Below are positions 40,589 through 50,058 of a stretch of 64,000 bases of DNA, one piece after another. The stretch is taken from NCBI GenBank assembly GCA_963796685.1, contig CAWCMR010000013.1, positions 416,001 to 480,000 on the forward strand, given 5' to 3'. Under the pieces are notes generated by a model that was not told the DNA's origin, ran no database searches, and saw nothing but the letters and a program-made list of their open reading frames with translations. Every line of letters starts with the position of its first letter. Positions within the stretch are counted from its first letter, which is position 1. Made by a program: the position numbers and the translations under genes. The DNA is from an uncultured delta proteobacterium. Its GTDB lineage: Bacteria; Myxococcota_A; Polyangia; Fen-1088.

Positions 40589-42817
40589 ATGTCGCGCGCT
40601 TTGAAGGCCAAGGACGCACCGCCGGCCGCGCTTGCGGATGGATCGGTTTGCCCTGGCAGCGCCGATTTCCAGGCGGCGGTGGGCGAAGCGCGAAGATTGG
40701 CCGGGGTGGCCGGGCGTGGGTTCACGAGCGTCGATGTCCTACTCGGCATGCTTCACGCGGGCGGCGCGGCGGCTCGCCTGCTTGCCGAGCGTGGCGTCAC
40801 CCCGACGGCGATCGCGCTCCTGGCCGCCAAGGTCCGTCCCGATCACGGCGTGGATCCGGTGGCCATCGCGGAGGCCAGCCAGGAGATCGCCCTCGGGCTC
40901 GCGGCGGAGCAAACGACCTCGCTCCACTTGCTCCTCGCGCTCTTACGCGGGGGCGGTGCTGCGGCCGAGACTTTGCGCTTGGCGGGTGTCGATCCCGCCA
41001 AATTGCGCGGGGTGGTCATGCGCATGCTGACCGGGCCGAGCGGCTTGCACGAGCGCAGACTGGTGCGCGAACCGGAAGAGATCTCACCGAGTCAAGCCCC
41101 GCTACCCGCGCTCGACGTGGTGCCAACCGCGGAGGCGCAACCGTCCGGGCAGGGTCAGTCGGTCGCCAGCTCCGATTCGAGCGCGCAATGGGCTCTCCTG
41201 CCGCTCGATCCTCCGCGCGTCCCGGTTCTATATCGCGAGCGCGAGCTGGGCCGGCTGCTCGATCTCTTACAGGCGAAGACCTCCCGCGTGCTCGCCATCG
41301 TGGGAGATCCAGGGTCGGGGCGGTCGGCCCTTCTCTCGGCCCTGGCGGCCTCCAGCCTCCAGCCTCCCGTGTTCCCCTCCGGCGACCTTGGGGCGCCACC
41401 TTCCGCGGGCGCTCTGCTGCAAAGCCTTCATCGCCGCGCTCCAGGCGATGTGCCCGTCGTCCTGGAAGGCGCGTCCTGGCTTGGCCCAGAAGGTGGCGAT
41501 GGTGTGTTGCAGTTGCTGGCATGCGCAGCCGCGGGCAGGCGCTGGCTCCTCTGTCTGACGCCCGCCGACCTGCGCCGCATCGATCTTGGCAGCCCCGATC
41601 TGGGTCATGCGCTGGAAACCGTCGTGCTTGCCACCCCCGATCCCACCATGCTGCGCGAAATGATCGAGACCGGGCTCGACGCCCTGGCGGGCGAAAGTGG
41701 CGTCGCATTTGCCCCCGATGTGGCGCTGACGCTACTGCGCCTTTCTCCTCGCTATCCTTGCGAGCGCGCGCAGCCAGGGCGAGCCCTTGCCATCGCCGAG
41801 GTCGCGCTGGCACGCGCCCAGCGCCTGTCCGAGGTCGAAGTGTCGGCGCGCGCCATCGCCGCCGTGGTGGCGGACGCATCGGGCGTGCCCGCCGGCCAAC
41901 TTTTGCGCGATGACGACGACCGCTTTCGCACGCTGGAAGAGCGTCTCGCCGACCGCGTGGTGGGGCACATCGAGGCGCGGACCAAGATTGCCTCGGTCTT
42001 GCGCCGTAGTTACGCCGGATTTCGCGGGCGCAAGCCGTTGGCGTCCTTGCTCCTTCTGGGACCGACCGGGGTGGGCAAGACCGAGACGGCGCGGGCGATT
42101 GCCGACGCGCTTTTCGACGGCGAATCGGCCTTGGTGCGCATCGACCTGTCCGAGTACAGCGAAGCCCATTCCATCGCGCGACTCATCGGGTCCCCCCCCG
42201 GCTACGTCGCCCACGAGGACGGCGGCCAGCTGACCGAGGCAATCCGGCGGCGTCCGGCCGCCGTGGTGTTGCTCGACGAGCTGGAGAAGGCCAACCGGGA
42301 GGTCCTGCTCTTGCTCTTGCAGATTCTCGAGGACGGCAGGCTTACCGACGGGCGTGGGCGCACGGTCGACTTTTCCTCCGCGGCGGTGGTCATGACCTCC
42401 AACCTCGGCAGCGAGTGCTACCGCCGCGCCCGTACCCCCGCGGCCAATACCATCCTGGCCTTGGCTCGCAGTCGGTTGCCCCCCGAGCTGTGGAATCGCA
42501 TCGACGAAGTGCTGTGCTATGGCCCGCTTTCCGAAGGCGAGCTGACCGCCGTCGTGGCACGCATCGCCCGCGATTCGAGCCAGCGTCTGCAGGCCGAGCG
42601 TGGCATCAGCTTCGCCATCGACGACAGCGTGATCGCGCAGGTCTTGCGCCTGGAAACCGACCGTAGCCTTGGCGCCCGTCCGCTTCGGCGCGCCTTCGAG
42701 CGGCTGGTGGAGGGCCCCTTGGCCAGCGAGATCGTCGCGGGACGCCTGCACCGGGGCGATCGCTTGCGGGTCGTTTGCAACGCGGCAGGCACGCTGGGAA
42801 TCAGCAGCCTGGGTTGA
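40589..42817 (+). CDS. ClpA/ClpC-like ATPase with Clp-N domain and degenerate first AAA module
   Basis: Clp-N helices (TSLHLLLALL). NBD1 Walker A reads GDPGSGRS. NBD2 is intact: GPTGVGKT, RLIGSPPGYV, LLDELEKA, MTSNLGS, GARPLRR. Confidence 0.88.
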   Translation: MSRALKAKDAPPAALADGSVCPGSADFQAAVGEARRLAGVAGRGFTSVDVLLGMLHAGGAAARLLAERGVTPTAIALLAAKVRPDHGVDPVAIAEASQEIALGLAAEQTTSLHLLLALLRGGGAAAETLRLAGVDPAKLRGVVMRMLTGPSGLHERRLVREPEEISPSQAPLPALDVVPTAEAQPSGQGQSVASSDSSAQWALLPLDPPRVPVLYRERELGRLLDLLQAKTSRVLAIVGDPGSGRSALLSALAASSLQPPVFPSGDLGAPPSAGALLQSLHRRAPGDVPVVLEGASWLGPEGGDGVLQLLACAAAGRRWLLCLTPADLRRIDLGSPDLGHALETVVLATPDPTMLREMIETGLDALAGESGVAFAPDVALTLLRLSPRYPCERAQPGRALAIAEVALARAQRLSEVEVSARAIAAVVADASGVPAGQLLRDDDDRFRTLEERLADRVVGHIEARTKIASVLRRSYAGFRGRKPLASLLLLGPTGVGKTETARAIADALFDGESALVRIDLSEYSEAHSIARLIGSPPGYVAHEDGGQLTEAIRRRPAAVVLLDELEKANREVLLLLLQILEDGRLTDGRGRTVDFSSAAVVMTSNLGSECYRRARTPAANTILALARSRLPPELWNRIDEVLCYGPLSEGELTAVVARIARDSSQRLQAERGISFAIDDSVIAQVLRLETDRSLGARPLRRAFERLVEGPLASEIVAGRLHRGDRLRVVCNAAGTLGISSLG

Positions 42818-42818
42818 G

Positions 42819-45455
42819 CTAGGTCCAGGCCTTCTTGAGCAGCCAGGTCTTCACCGCCTGGGTCAGCGCCACGTAGCAGATGACGGTGACGAAGAGGAAC
42901 GGCCAGTACAATCCCGGCAGCGGCGTGAACCCCAACGCCCCGGCGATGGGCGAGAACGGCAGGTAGAGACCGGTGGCCATCACGAGCAGCGTGGTCAGGC
43001 TCATGGGCCAACTGGCGCGGCTTTGTAGGAGCGGAAGCTTGTTGGTGCGGATCACGTGGATGATGAGCGTCTGCGTGATCAAGGACTCGACGAACCACCC
43101 GGTCTGGAACAGCGATGCATGCGCGGGACTGTTGGCTCCGAACACGAAATACATGAGTAGATACGTGGTGTAATCGAACACCGAGCTGCACGGCCCGATA
43201 AGCAGAATGAATTTGGTGATGTCGTTCATCGACCACGGCCGCGGCCGCGTGGTCTGTTCGGGATCGACGTTGTCGGCGGGAATCGGCACCTGCGAGAAGT
43301 CGTAGAGCAGGTTGTTGGTCAGGATCTGGATGGGCGCCATGGGCACGAAGGGCAAAAAGGCGCTGGCGCCCACGACCGAAAGCATGTTGCCGAAGCTGGA
43401 GCTGGCGCCCATGCGGATGTACTTGAGGATGTTGGTGAAGACCTTGCGGCCCTCCAGCACGCCGTCGCCGAGCACGAGCAGGCTCTTTTCCAAGAGCACG
43501 AGGTCGGCGGATTCCTTGGCGATGTCGACCGCCGAATCGACGGAGATTCCCACGTCTGCGGCGCGCAGACCGGGGGCATCGTTGATGCCGTCGCCCAGGA
43601 ACCCCACCACGTGCCCCTTGCTTTGCAGGGCCAGGATGATGCGGTGTTTGTGGGCGGGCGCCAGGCGCGCGAACAGGGTGGTGCGCTCGACCACGCCGGC
43701 CAGGTCGGCGTCGGACATGCCCTCGATCTGATTGCCCAAGAGCACGTGTTCGGTGGGGATGTCGACCTCGTGGCAGATCTTCTTGCTGACCAGCTCGTTG
43801 TCGCCGGTCAGCACCTTGACCGTGACACCATGTTCGCGCAAGGCCGCGATCGCCGGCGACGTGGTGTCCTTGGGCGGATCGAAGAAGGCGATGTAGCCGC
43901 GCAAAACCAGGTCGCATTCGTCCGATTTCGCGTAGGCCGACTTGCGGTCCAGATCGCGATAGGCGATGGCCAACACGCGAAAGCCATCGGCCGACAAGCG
44001 TCGGTACTCTTCGCGCAGATCCTCGATGAGGACGGCCTCCATGGGCAGGATTTCGCCGTCGTACTCGAAATCCGTGCAGCGCGTGAAGACCTCCTCCGGC
44101 GCGCCCTTGCAGATGAGACGGGTCTTGCCCTCGGGCGTCTCGACGATGACCGACATGAGGCGCCGGGCGAAATCGAAAGGGATCTCGTCGACCTTGTTGT
44201 GGCCCGGGACCTTGAACTGATCGTGGATCTCCTTCTTGTGGGCCAGCACGGCGCGATCGAGGACGTTCTTGAGACCGGTCTGGAAGTGGCTGTTGAGATA
44301 GGCCAGCATGAGGACATCGTCGTCCTCGTCGAGTTGGACGTCGCAGTGTTTTTCCAGCACCACCCGGTCCATGGTCAAAGTGCCGGTCTTGTCCGTGCAC
44401 AGGACGTCCATGGCACCCAGGTTCTGGATGGAGTTGAGACGTTTGACGATGACCTTCTTTTTCGCCATCGCGATGGCGCCCTTGGACAGACACACCGTCA
44501 CGATCATGGGCAGCATCTCCGGCGTCATGCCCACGGCCACGGCCAGCGCGAAGAAGAAGGCCTCGTGCCAGTTGTGCCGCGAGAACCCGTTGATGAGGAA
44601 CACCAGCGGGACCATCACGACCATGAACCGGATCATGAGCCAAGTGAAACGGCTGACGCCCTTGTCGAAGCTGGTTTGCACGCGCTGGCCGGAGATGGCC
44701 TTGGCGATGCTGCCGAGGTAGGTGTTGGCGCCGGTGCCGACCACCACCGCGGTCGCGGTTCCGCTCTCGACGCTGGTGCCGAGGAAGCAGATGTTCTTGA
44801 GCTCCAGCGGCGAGCCGGCGGCGGTGGCCTCCTTGGCGTCGAACTTCTCCACCGGCATGGATTCGCCGGTCAGGCTGGCCTGGATGATGAACAAGTCCTT
44901 GCAGGAAAGCAGGCGCACGTCGGCCGGGATCATGTCTCCCGCCGCCAGCTTGACGATGTCGCCCGGGACCAGCTCGGCCAGCGCGATCTCTCGCGCCACG
45001 CCGTCGCGGACCACGGTCGCGGTGACCCGAATCATGGCTTTGAGCTTGGCCGCCGCAGTATCCGCGCGCGCCTCCTGGACGAACCGCAAGGCCACGCCCA
45101 AGACGACCATCAGCAACATGACGATGGCAGCGCGCAGATCGCCGGTGGCAGCCGAGAGTATGGCAAGGAGCGACAGCAAGATGACCAGCGGGTTGAGCAC
45201 TGCCATGAAGAGCAGGTCGCGCCAGCTGTGGCCTTCCTCTTGCGCGACCGCATTCTGGCCGTGCTGCTCCAGCCGCTGCTCCGCCTCCTCGGCGGAAAGC
45301 CCGCTCGCCGAGGTGGCATGCGTCGTGAAAAGGGCCTCGTTGTCCGCCGCCGAAGCCTCGATCAGCCGCGCGGCGATCCCAGCCGCCACGGCGGCACGGC
45401 CCGGCTGTACCAGACGCTTGGGAAGAATGGATGGTAGCGAGAAGGGATTTCGCAT
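42819..45455 (-). CDS. mgtA: Magnesium-translocating P-type ATPase
   Basis: TGES, PEMLP, DKTGTLT, KGAPEE, TGDN, GDGINDAP, FQTGWFVES. Confidence 0.95.
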   Translation of the reverse strand: MRNPFSLPSILPKRLVQPGRAAVAAGIAARLIEASAADNEALFTTHATSASGLSAEEAEQRLEQHGQNAVAQEEGHSWRDLLFMAVLNPLVILLSLLAILSAATGDLRAAIVMLLMVVLGVALRFVQEARADTAAAKLKAMIRVTATVVRDGVAREIALAELVPGDIVKLAAGDMIPADVRLLSCKDLFIIQASLTGESMPVEKFDAKEATAAGSPLELKNICFLGTSVESGTATAVVVGTGANTYLGSIAKAISGQRVQTSFDKGVSRFTWLMIRFMVVMVPLVFLINGFSRHNWHEAFFFALAVAVGMTPEMLPMIVTVCLSKGAIAMAKKKVIVKRLNSIQNLGAMDVLCTDKTGTLTMDRVVLEKHCDVQLDEDDDVLMLAYLNSHFQTGLKNVLDRAVLAHKKEIHDQFKVPGHNKVDEIPFDFARRLMSVIVETPEGKTRLICKGAPEEVFTRCTDFEYDGEILPMEAVLIEDLREEYRRLSADGFRVLAIAYRDLDRKSAYAKSDECDLVLRGYIAFFDPPKDTTSPAIAALREHGVTVKVLTGDNELVSKKICHEVDIPTEHVLLGNQIEGMSDADLAGVVERTTLFARLAPAHKHRIILALQSKGHVVGFLGDGINDAPGLRAADVGISVDSAVDIAKESADLVLLEKSLLVLGDGVLEGRKVFTNILKYIRMGASSSFGNMLSVVGASAFLPFVPMAPIQILTNNLLYDFSQVPIPADNVDPEQTTRPRPWSMNDITKFILLIGPCSSVFDYTTYLLMYFVFGANSPAHASLFQTGWFVESLITQTLIIHVIRTNKLPLLQSRASWPMSLTTLLVMATGLYLPFSPIAGALGFTPLPGLYWPFLFVTVICYVALTQAVKTWLLKKAWT

Positions 45456-45639
45456 AAGCCACTCGGTAACCTGGATTCACGCCTCGCGAGCTCACAGAAT
45501 CGTGACAATCTGGACCCCTACCCGCCTCTACCCGCACCGAGGTCAGTATATCCATCGCGCCCATCGCGCAACCATTTTCGACCCGGAAAACGCCATCGGG
45601 AATGTCGGCTCCATGCGGTATAGTCGCCCCGGACTCTCG

Positions 45640-47077
45640 ATGCTCGACCAGAATCACGGCTCGCACGACCATTTCGCCCATCGGGGTAGCGCTGGCGCCG
45701 AGAAAAGCCGCGTGGCTCTCGTCTCGGTGCTGGCCGCGTTGCTCCTGACCGGGACCAAGGTCGTCGTGGGTTTCTGGACGGGAAGCCTGGGCATCCTTGC
45801 CGAGGCGCTCCACTCGGGGCTCGACTTGGTGGCGGCGCTCGTCACCCTGTGGGCGGTGCGGGCCAGCAGCCGCCCTGCGGACAAGGAGCATGCTTACGGG
45901 CACGGCAAGATCGAGAACCTGTCCGCGCTGTTCGAAACCTTGCTGCTGCTGGCGACCAGCGCATGGATCATCAAAGAGGGGATCGCACGCCTGTTCTTTC
46001 GCGCCCAGGTCCACGTGGACGCCAACCTGTGGTCTTTCCTGGTGGTCGTTCTCTCCATCGCCGTGGACTATTCTCGCTCGCGAGCGCTCTTGCGCGTGGC
46101 CAAGAAACACGACAGCCAGGCCCTGGAAGCGGACGCCCTGCACTTTGCGACGGATATCTGGTCGTCCCTGGTGGTCTTGCTCGGTCTCGGCGGCGTCCTG
46201 GTGGCGCACGCGTTCGAGATTCCATGGCTGGCCAAGGCGGATGCTGTGGCCGCCCTCGGCGTGGCCCTGGTCGTGGTGCTCGTGAGCGCGAAGCTCGGGA
46301 AGAAATCCGTCAACGACCTCCTCGACACCGTACCATCGGACCTGGCCGCGCGGATCGCAGGCTTGGCCCATGTCGTCGGCGTACGCGAAGTCAGGCAGGT
46401 TCGCGTGCGGCGCAGCGGTCCCGAGGTCTTCGTCGACTTGACCTTGGTGGTGGACCGGGGCGAGTCCCTGCAACGTAGCCACGAGAATCGCGTGTGGCGC
46501 CGAGGCGGCCATCAAGCGCGAGCTGCCCAAGGCCGATATCGTCGTGCATGTCGAGCCCGCGGAAGGCTCGGGCGAAGACTTGCTCACAGCCGCCCGCCGT
46601 GTCGCGGCCTCACACGACGCCGCCGCCCACAATCTTCTCGTCTACGAAGAGGACGCCCAGCTCGTGCTCGAAATGCACCTGGAGATGCACGCCGAGTTGC
46701 CCTTGTCGCAGGCCCATCGGCGGACGGTGGAGATCGAGGAAGAGCTGCGCAGAACCACCCCGCGCCTGGCGCGAGTCGTCACCCATGTCGAGCCCGCGGG
46801 CGGGGTGCGCGCCACGACCCTGGCCACGCCAGAGGAGGCCGCGCAGCTTCGCCAAGCGCTGGCCTGCATCCCCGAGCTCTCCGCACGAGGCATCACGCAT
46901 CAAAATATCGAAATAAGGCGTTCGGGGTCTGAATTTGCACTTTCCTTCCGCTGCGCCCTGCCCGGGTCGACCTCGATCAGGGACGCCCACGATTTCACCG
47001 AGAAGATCGAACGCGCGCTACGCAGCCAGGTGCCGAATCTGGGCCGCGTTATGGTGCGAACCGAGCCCATGGAGTAG
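45640..47077 (+). CDS. Cation diffusion facilitator with three tandem C-terminal dimerisation domains (frameshift about 46486)
   Basis: AEALHSGLD, PADKEHAYGHGKIE, EADALHFATD; repeats ending VHVEP, THVEP and RTEP. Confidence 0.88.
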
Positions 47078-47190
47078 AGCTCGCCGCGGGCCGGTCGATA
47101 AACTTCTGCATCATCCGCTTGCATCCAACGGCTTCATTGTGGAAACTATTCGCCGTCTTCCGGGCATCGGCCGTAGAAAAAGGAGCTTTC

Positions 47191-47739
47191 ATGTTACGTT
47201 TTGGATTCGTCGTCATGGTTGGATCGTTCGTTGCCTTCTCGATGGTCGCTTGTGGCGACAAATTGAACCCCAAGGGAAATGCCCCGACCTCGAGCGGCGG
47301 AGCGCCGGCCGGCGGGGCTACCGGCGAAGGCGGAGCCACCGGCGAGGGCGGGACCATCGAAACCATCGACGCCGGCAGCATCGACAGCGGTGAATCCGAA
47401 GCAGGGATAGCCATCGACGGCGGCGCGGGTGCCGGCGGCACGGGTGCCGGAGGCACGGCGGGCGGTACTGGTGGAGCGGGCGGAAGCACGACCGCGACGG
47501 TCAGCTATTCGAAGACCATCGCGCCCATCATGGCCGCCAGCTGTGCCACGTCCTCCAGTTGTCATGCCGCCGGAAATCCGTGGGGTGTCGACCTCGACAC
47601 CTATGCCGGCGTGAAGTCCAATGCCGCTGCCTCCATCAGCGCGATCAAGGACGGAACGATGCCTCCCAGCGGGACGGTATCCGCTGCCAATTTGAAGAGT
47701 TTGCAGGACTGGGTCAACGCGGGCTCGCCCAACAACTAG
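47191..47739 (+). CDS. Lipoprotein with Gly-rich linker and putative monoheme cytochrome c domain
   Basis: AAGGAG RBS; lipobox MVAC; VSYSKTIAPIMAASCATSSSCH, GTMPP, WVNAGSPNN. Confidence 0.72.
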   Translation: MLRFGFVVMVGSFVAFSMVACGDKLNPKGNAPTSSGGAPAGGATGEGGATGEGGTIETIDAGSIDSGESEAGIAIDGGAGAGGTGAGGTAGGTGGAGGSTTATVSYSKTIAPIMAASCATSSSCHAAGNPWGVDLDTYAGVKSNAAASISAIKDGTMPPSGTVSAANLKSLQDWVNAGSPNN

Positions 47740-47756
47740 GTCAACCAGGTCAAAAA

Positions 47757-48824
47757 ATGACAAACATCGCTCTCCTCTTTCTATCCCTGACCCTTGGCGC
47801 GCAGCCCTCGACCGAGGGCTCCACCGAAAAGACTCAGCCTGCCGCCACGGCCCCTGCGTCCGCCGAGGTACCTGCGGGCACGCCCAAGTCCGGCGAAGCC
47901 CCAGCGCCAACCCCTGCCGCCCCCGCACCGGCACCCGCGGCGACACCGGCGCCCGTGGCGGCACCCGCTCCCGCGCCGCCTCCGATGGCCAAGCCCCCGG
48001 AAGATGAGATCGAGGTCTTGAACGAAGTCGTGGATCTGAACGAAGCCCAGGATCCCGCGGCTGGCTGGTACGGCCAGTCGTTCCCCGAACCGATCCGAAT
48101 CCTGGCCCTGCCGACAGCGCGCGTGGTGCGCAAGGGCGGATTTGACTTCGTCATCGATCACCGGTCCGGGGTACCCATTTACAACAAGGACAGCAATCAG
48201 CCGTTCACGGACATGTGGAACAACTTTCTGGGCTTTGATGGTCCCATGCAAGTAGGACTGGGCCTGCGCTACGGAGTGATCGACAACCTGGATGTCGGCG
48301 TGTATCGCGCGGGCACGCCGGCTCGCACCGACACCTACGAGTTCGATGCGCGTTACCAGGTCCTTCACCAGGCGGACATGGGCATCGACCTTGCCGGACG
48401 AGCAGGCGTGACGTGGTTCTCGCAGCCCAACGCCGATGACGCCTCCGGCTTCTTCGGCCAGATCTTCGCCACCCGCCTCCTCATCAACCGCATCCTGATT
48501 TCGGCCGGGGCGCTCTACCACTCGAACTCGACCAACGATACCAAATACAACCAGGACACGAAGTGGTCCGCCGCGGGCGCCATCGCCGTCGAGGCACGCC
48601 TCGCCGCCCCGGTCGCGCTCGACGGCGAGCTGGTTTCCTGCGTCGCGGGCTACTGCTCGAAGAACCCGGCCTTCTCGGCGGGCGTGAAGTTCTTCACCTA
48701 TCGCCACACCTTCGCCCTGGTGGTAGGCAATACCCAATACATCACCGCCGATGGCTACGTGACCAACACCGATCGTCAGTGGAACAAGATGGTCATCGGC
48801 TTCAACATCACGAGGGAGTACTAG
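47757..48824 (+). CDS. Outer-membrane beta-barrel protein (DUF5777-like)
   Basis: Signal peptide, Pro/Ala linker, FVIDHR, FLGFD, LGLRYG, HTFALVVGNTQ, GFNITREY terminus. Confidence 0.7.
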   Translation: MTNIALLFLSLTLGAQPSTEGSTEKTQPAATAPASAEVPAGTPKSGEAPAPTPAAPAPAPAATPAPVAAPAPAPPPMAKPPEDEIEVLNEVVDLNEAQDPAAGWYGQSFPEPIRILALPTARVVRKGGFDFVIDHRSGVPIYNKDSNQPFTDMWNNFLGFDGPMQVGLGLRYGVIDNLDVGVYRAGTPARTDTYEFDARYQVLHQADMGIDLAGRAGVTWFSQPNADDASGFFGQIFATRLLINRILISAGALYHSNSTNDTKYNQDTKWSAAGAIAVEARLAAPVALDGELVSCVAGYCSKNPAFSAGVKFFTYRHTFALVVGNTQYITADGYVTNTDRQWNKMVIGFNITREY

Positions 48825-48826
48825 TC

Positions 48827-49291
48827 ATGTCGAATTGTCGCTGTTCGCACAGGCCAGCATCGTCGGCGAAGCAGGACGCCCCGACGCAGCCTTCGCGCCG
48901 AGGTTTCTTCGGAACCATGACCGCTGTCGCCGTCGCCCTGCTGGCCTGGCCCAGGGCGGCGTTTTCCGCGGGCAAGAGCTGGGTTGCGGTACCGCTTTCC
49001 AAGGCCCCCAAGCTGGAAAAGGTGGGCGGCTCGATGGTCACCAACATTCGAGGCAAAGAGCTCCTGCTCGTTCGCGACGGCGAGAACAGCGCCCATGCCT
49101 TCGAGGCCAAGTGCCCGCACGAGGGGTGCGACCTGAACTACGATCCCGACACCATCAAGATCGACTGCCCCTGCCACGCCGCCGTCTTCGACATGACGGG
49201 CAAGGTTCTCGAAGGTCCACCACCGCGCCCGCTCAAGACCTATCCGGCCATCGTCGACGGAGACCGAATCCTCTTCAATGTCCCGGTCTAG
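48827..49291 (+). CDS. Tat-exported Rieske [2Fe-2S] protein
   Basis: Twin-arginine SRRGFF; CPHEGC and CPCH boxes; GPPPRPL. Confidence 0.92.
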   Translation: MSNCRCSHRPASSAKQDAPTQPSRRGFFGTMTAVAVALLAWPRAAFSAGKSWVAVPLSKAPKLEKVGGSMVTNIRGKELLLVRDGENSAHAFEAKCPHEGCDLNYDPDTIKIDCPCHAAVFDMTGKVLEGPPPRPLKTYPAIVDGDRILFNVPV

Positions 49292-49300
49292 GCCAAGCGC

Positions 49301-49996
49301 CTAGCGACCGAAGAGAGCCGCCTCGGCGCGGGGATCGGCCAGGTTCTCGAAGGCGGCCGTCGGGTCGCACTGCTTGAGCTCGGCGAGGTCGTGCATGCCC
49401 GTGGCGACCGCGATGGACTCGGCGCCGATGGCCTTGGCCCCGGCAATATCTTTGGGGGTATCTCCGATGACGACGATGCGGCAGTCCTCGATGGGAAAAC
49501 CCAGCTTGTCCGCGCCCCGGTGCGCGCCCGCCATGAGCAGCGTCGGTCGATCGATGGAATCGTCGCCGAAGCCGCCGAAGCTGAAACGGTGATAGATGCC
49601 GACGCAGCCGAGCTTGATCTCGGCCCCCTTGCGAATGTTCCCCGTGCCCAGGCCAAGCGCGACGTTCTTGCACCCGTCGGCCAGGTCCAGCGCACGCTCC
49701 ATTCCGTCGTGAATGCGGATGCGTGTGCGTGCGACTTCCTCGGCGAGCACACCGATGTAGAAGCGCAACATGTCCTCCATCTCGCGCTCCAACTCGCTTT
49801 CGGGCACGGATGGCCGGCCGAGCGCCAGGAGGGCACTGCGCACGATGGCCTTGTCGGTCATGCCCCCGAAGGAAAAGCTCAGGATCTCCTTCGTTCCATG
49901 GCGCATCTCGAAGGCGCGCTCGATCGCGCGTCGACCGGCGCCGCACGTCGTGACCAAAGTGCCGTCGACATCGAACAACAGGACGGTTGGTTTCAC
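49301..49996 (-). CDS. HAD-family hydrolase (phosphoglycolate phosphatase-like)
   Basis: FDVDGTL, TGN, IGDTPKD motifs. Confidence 0.9.
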   Translation of the reverse strand: MKPTVLLFDVDGTLVTTCGAGRRAIERAFEMRHGTKEILSFSFGGMTDKAIVRSALLALGRPSVPESELEREMEDMLRFYIGVLAEEVARTRIRIHDGMERALDLADGCKNVALGLGTGNIRKGAEIKLGCVGIYHRFSFGGFGDDSIDRPTLLMAGAHRGADKLGFPIEDCRIVVIGDTPKDIAGAKAIGAESIAVATGMHDLAELKQCDPTAAFENLADPRAEAALFGR

Positions 49997-50058
49997 GGCC
50001 GGTAAGCTGCCCCCCACCAGCGGAGAATGCAAGAAACAATGATGGCCTTGGGCGACGG

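Noticed and set aside
40589-42817. ClpV/TssH assignment because vgrG is in the window
   Set aside because: About 15 kb from vgrG, among housekeeping genes, NBD1 degenerate, and no sheath or baseplate genes nearby
42517-46632. 1371-aa minus-strand ORF
   Set aside because: Alternate frame of mgtA plus antisense of the CDF gene; Arg/Gly-rich with no motifs. Only its short segment upstream of mgtA is kept as a possible leader.
47290-47500. Low-complexity GGC-rich repeats (also Pro/Ala repeats at 47900-47985)
   Set aside because: Explained by Gly-rich and Pro/Ala-rich protein linkers
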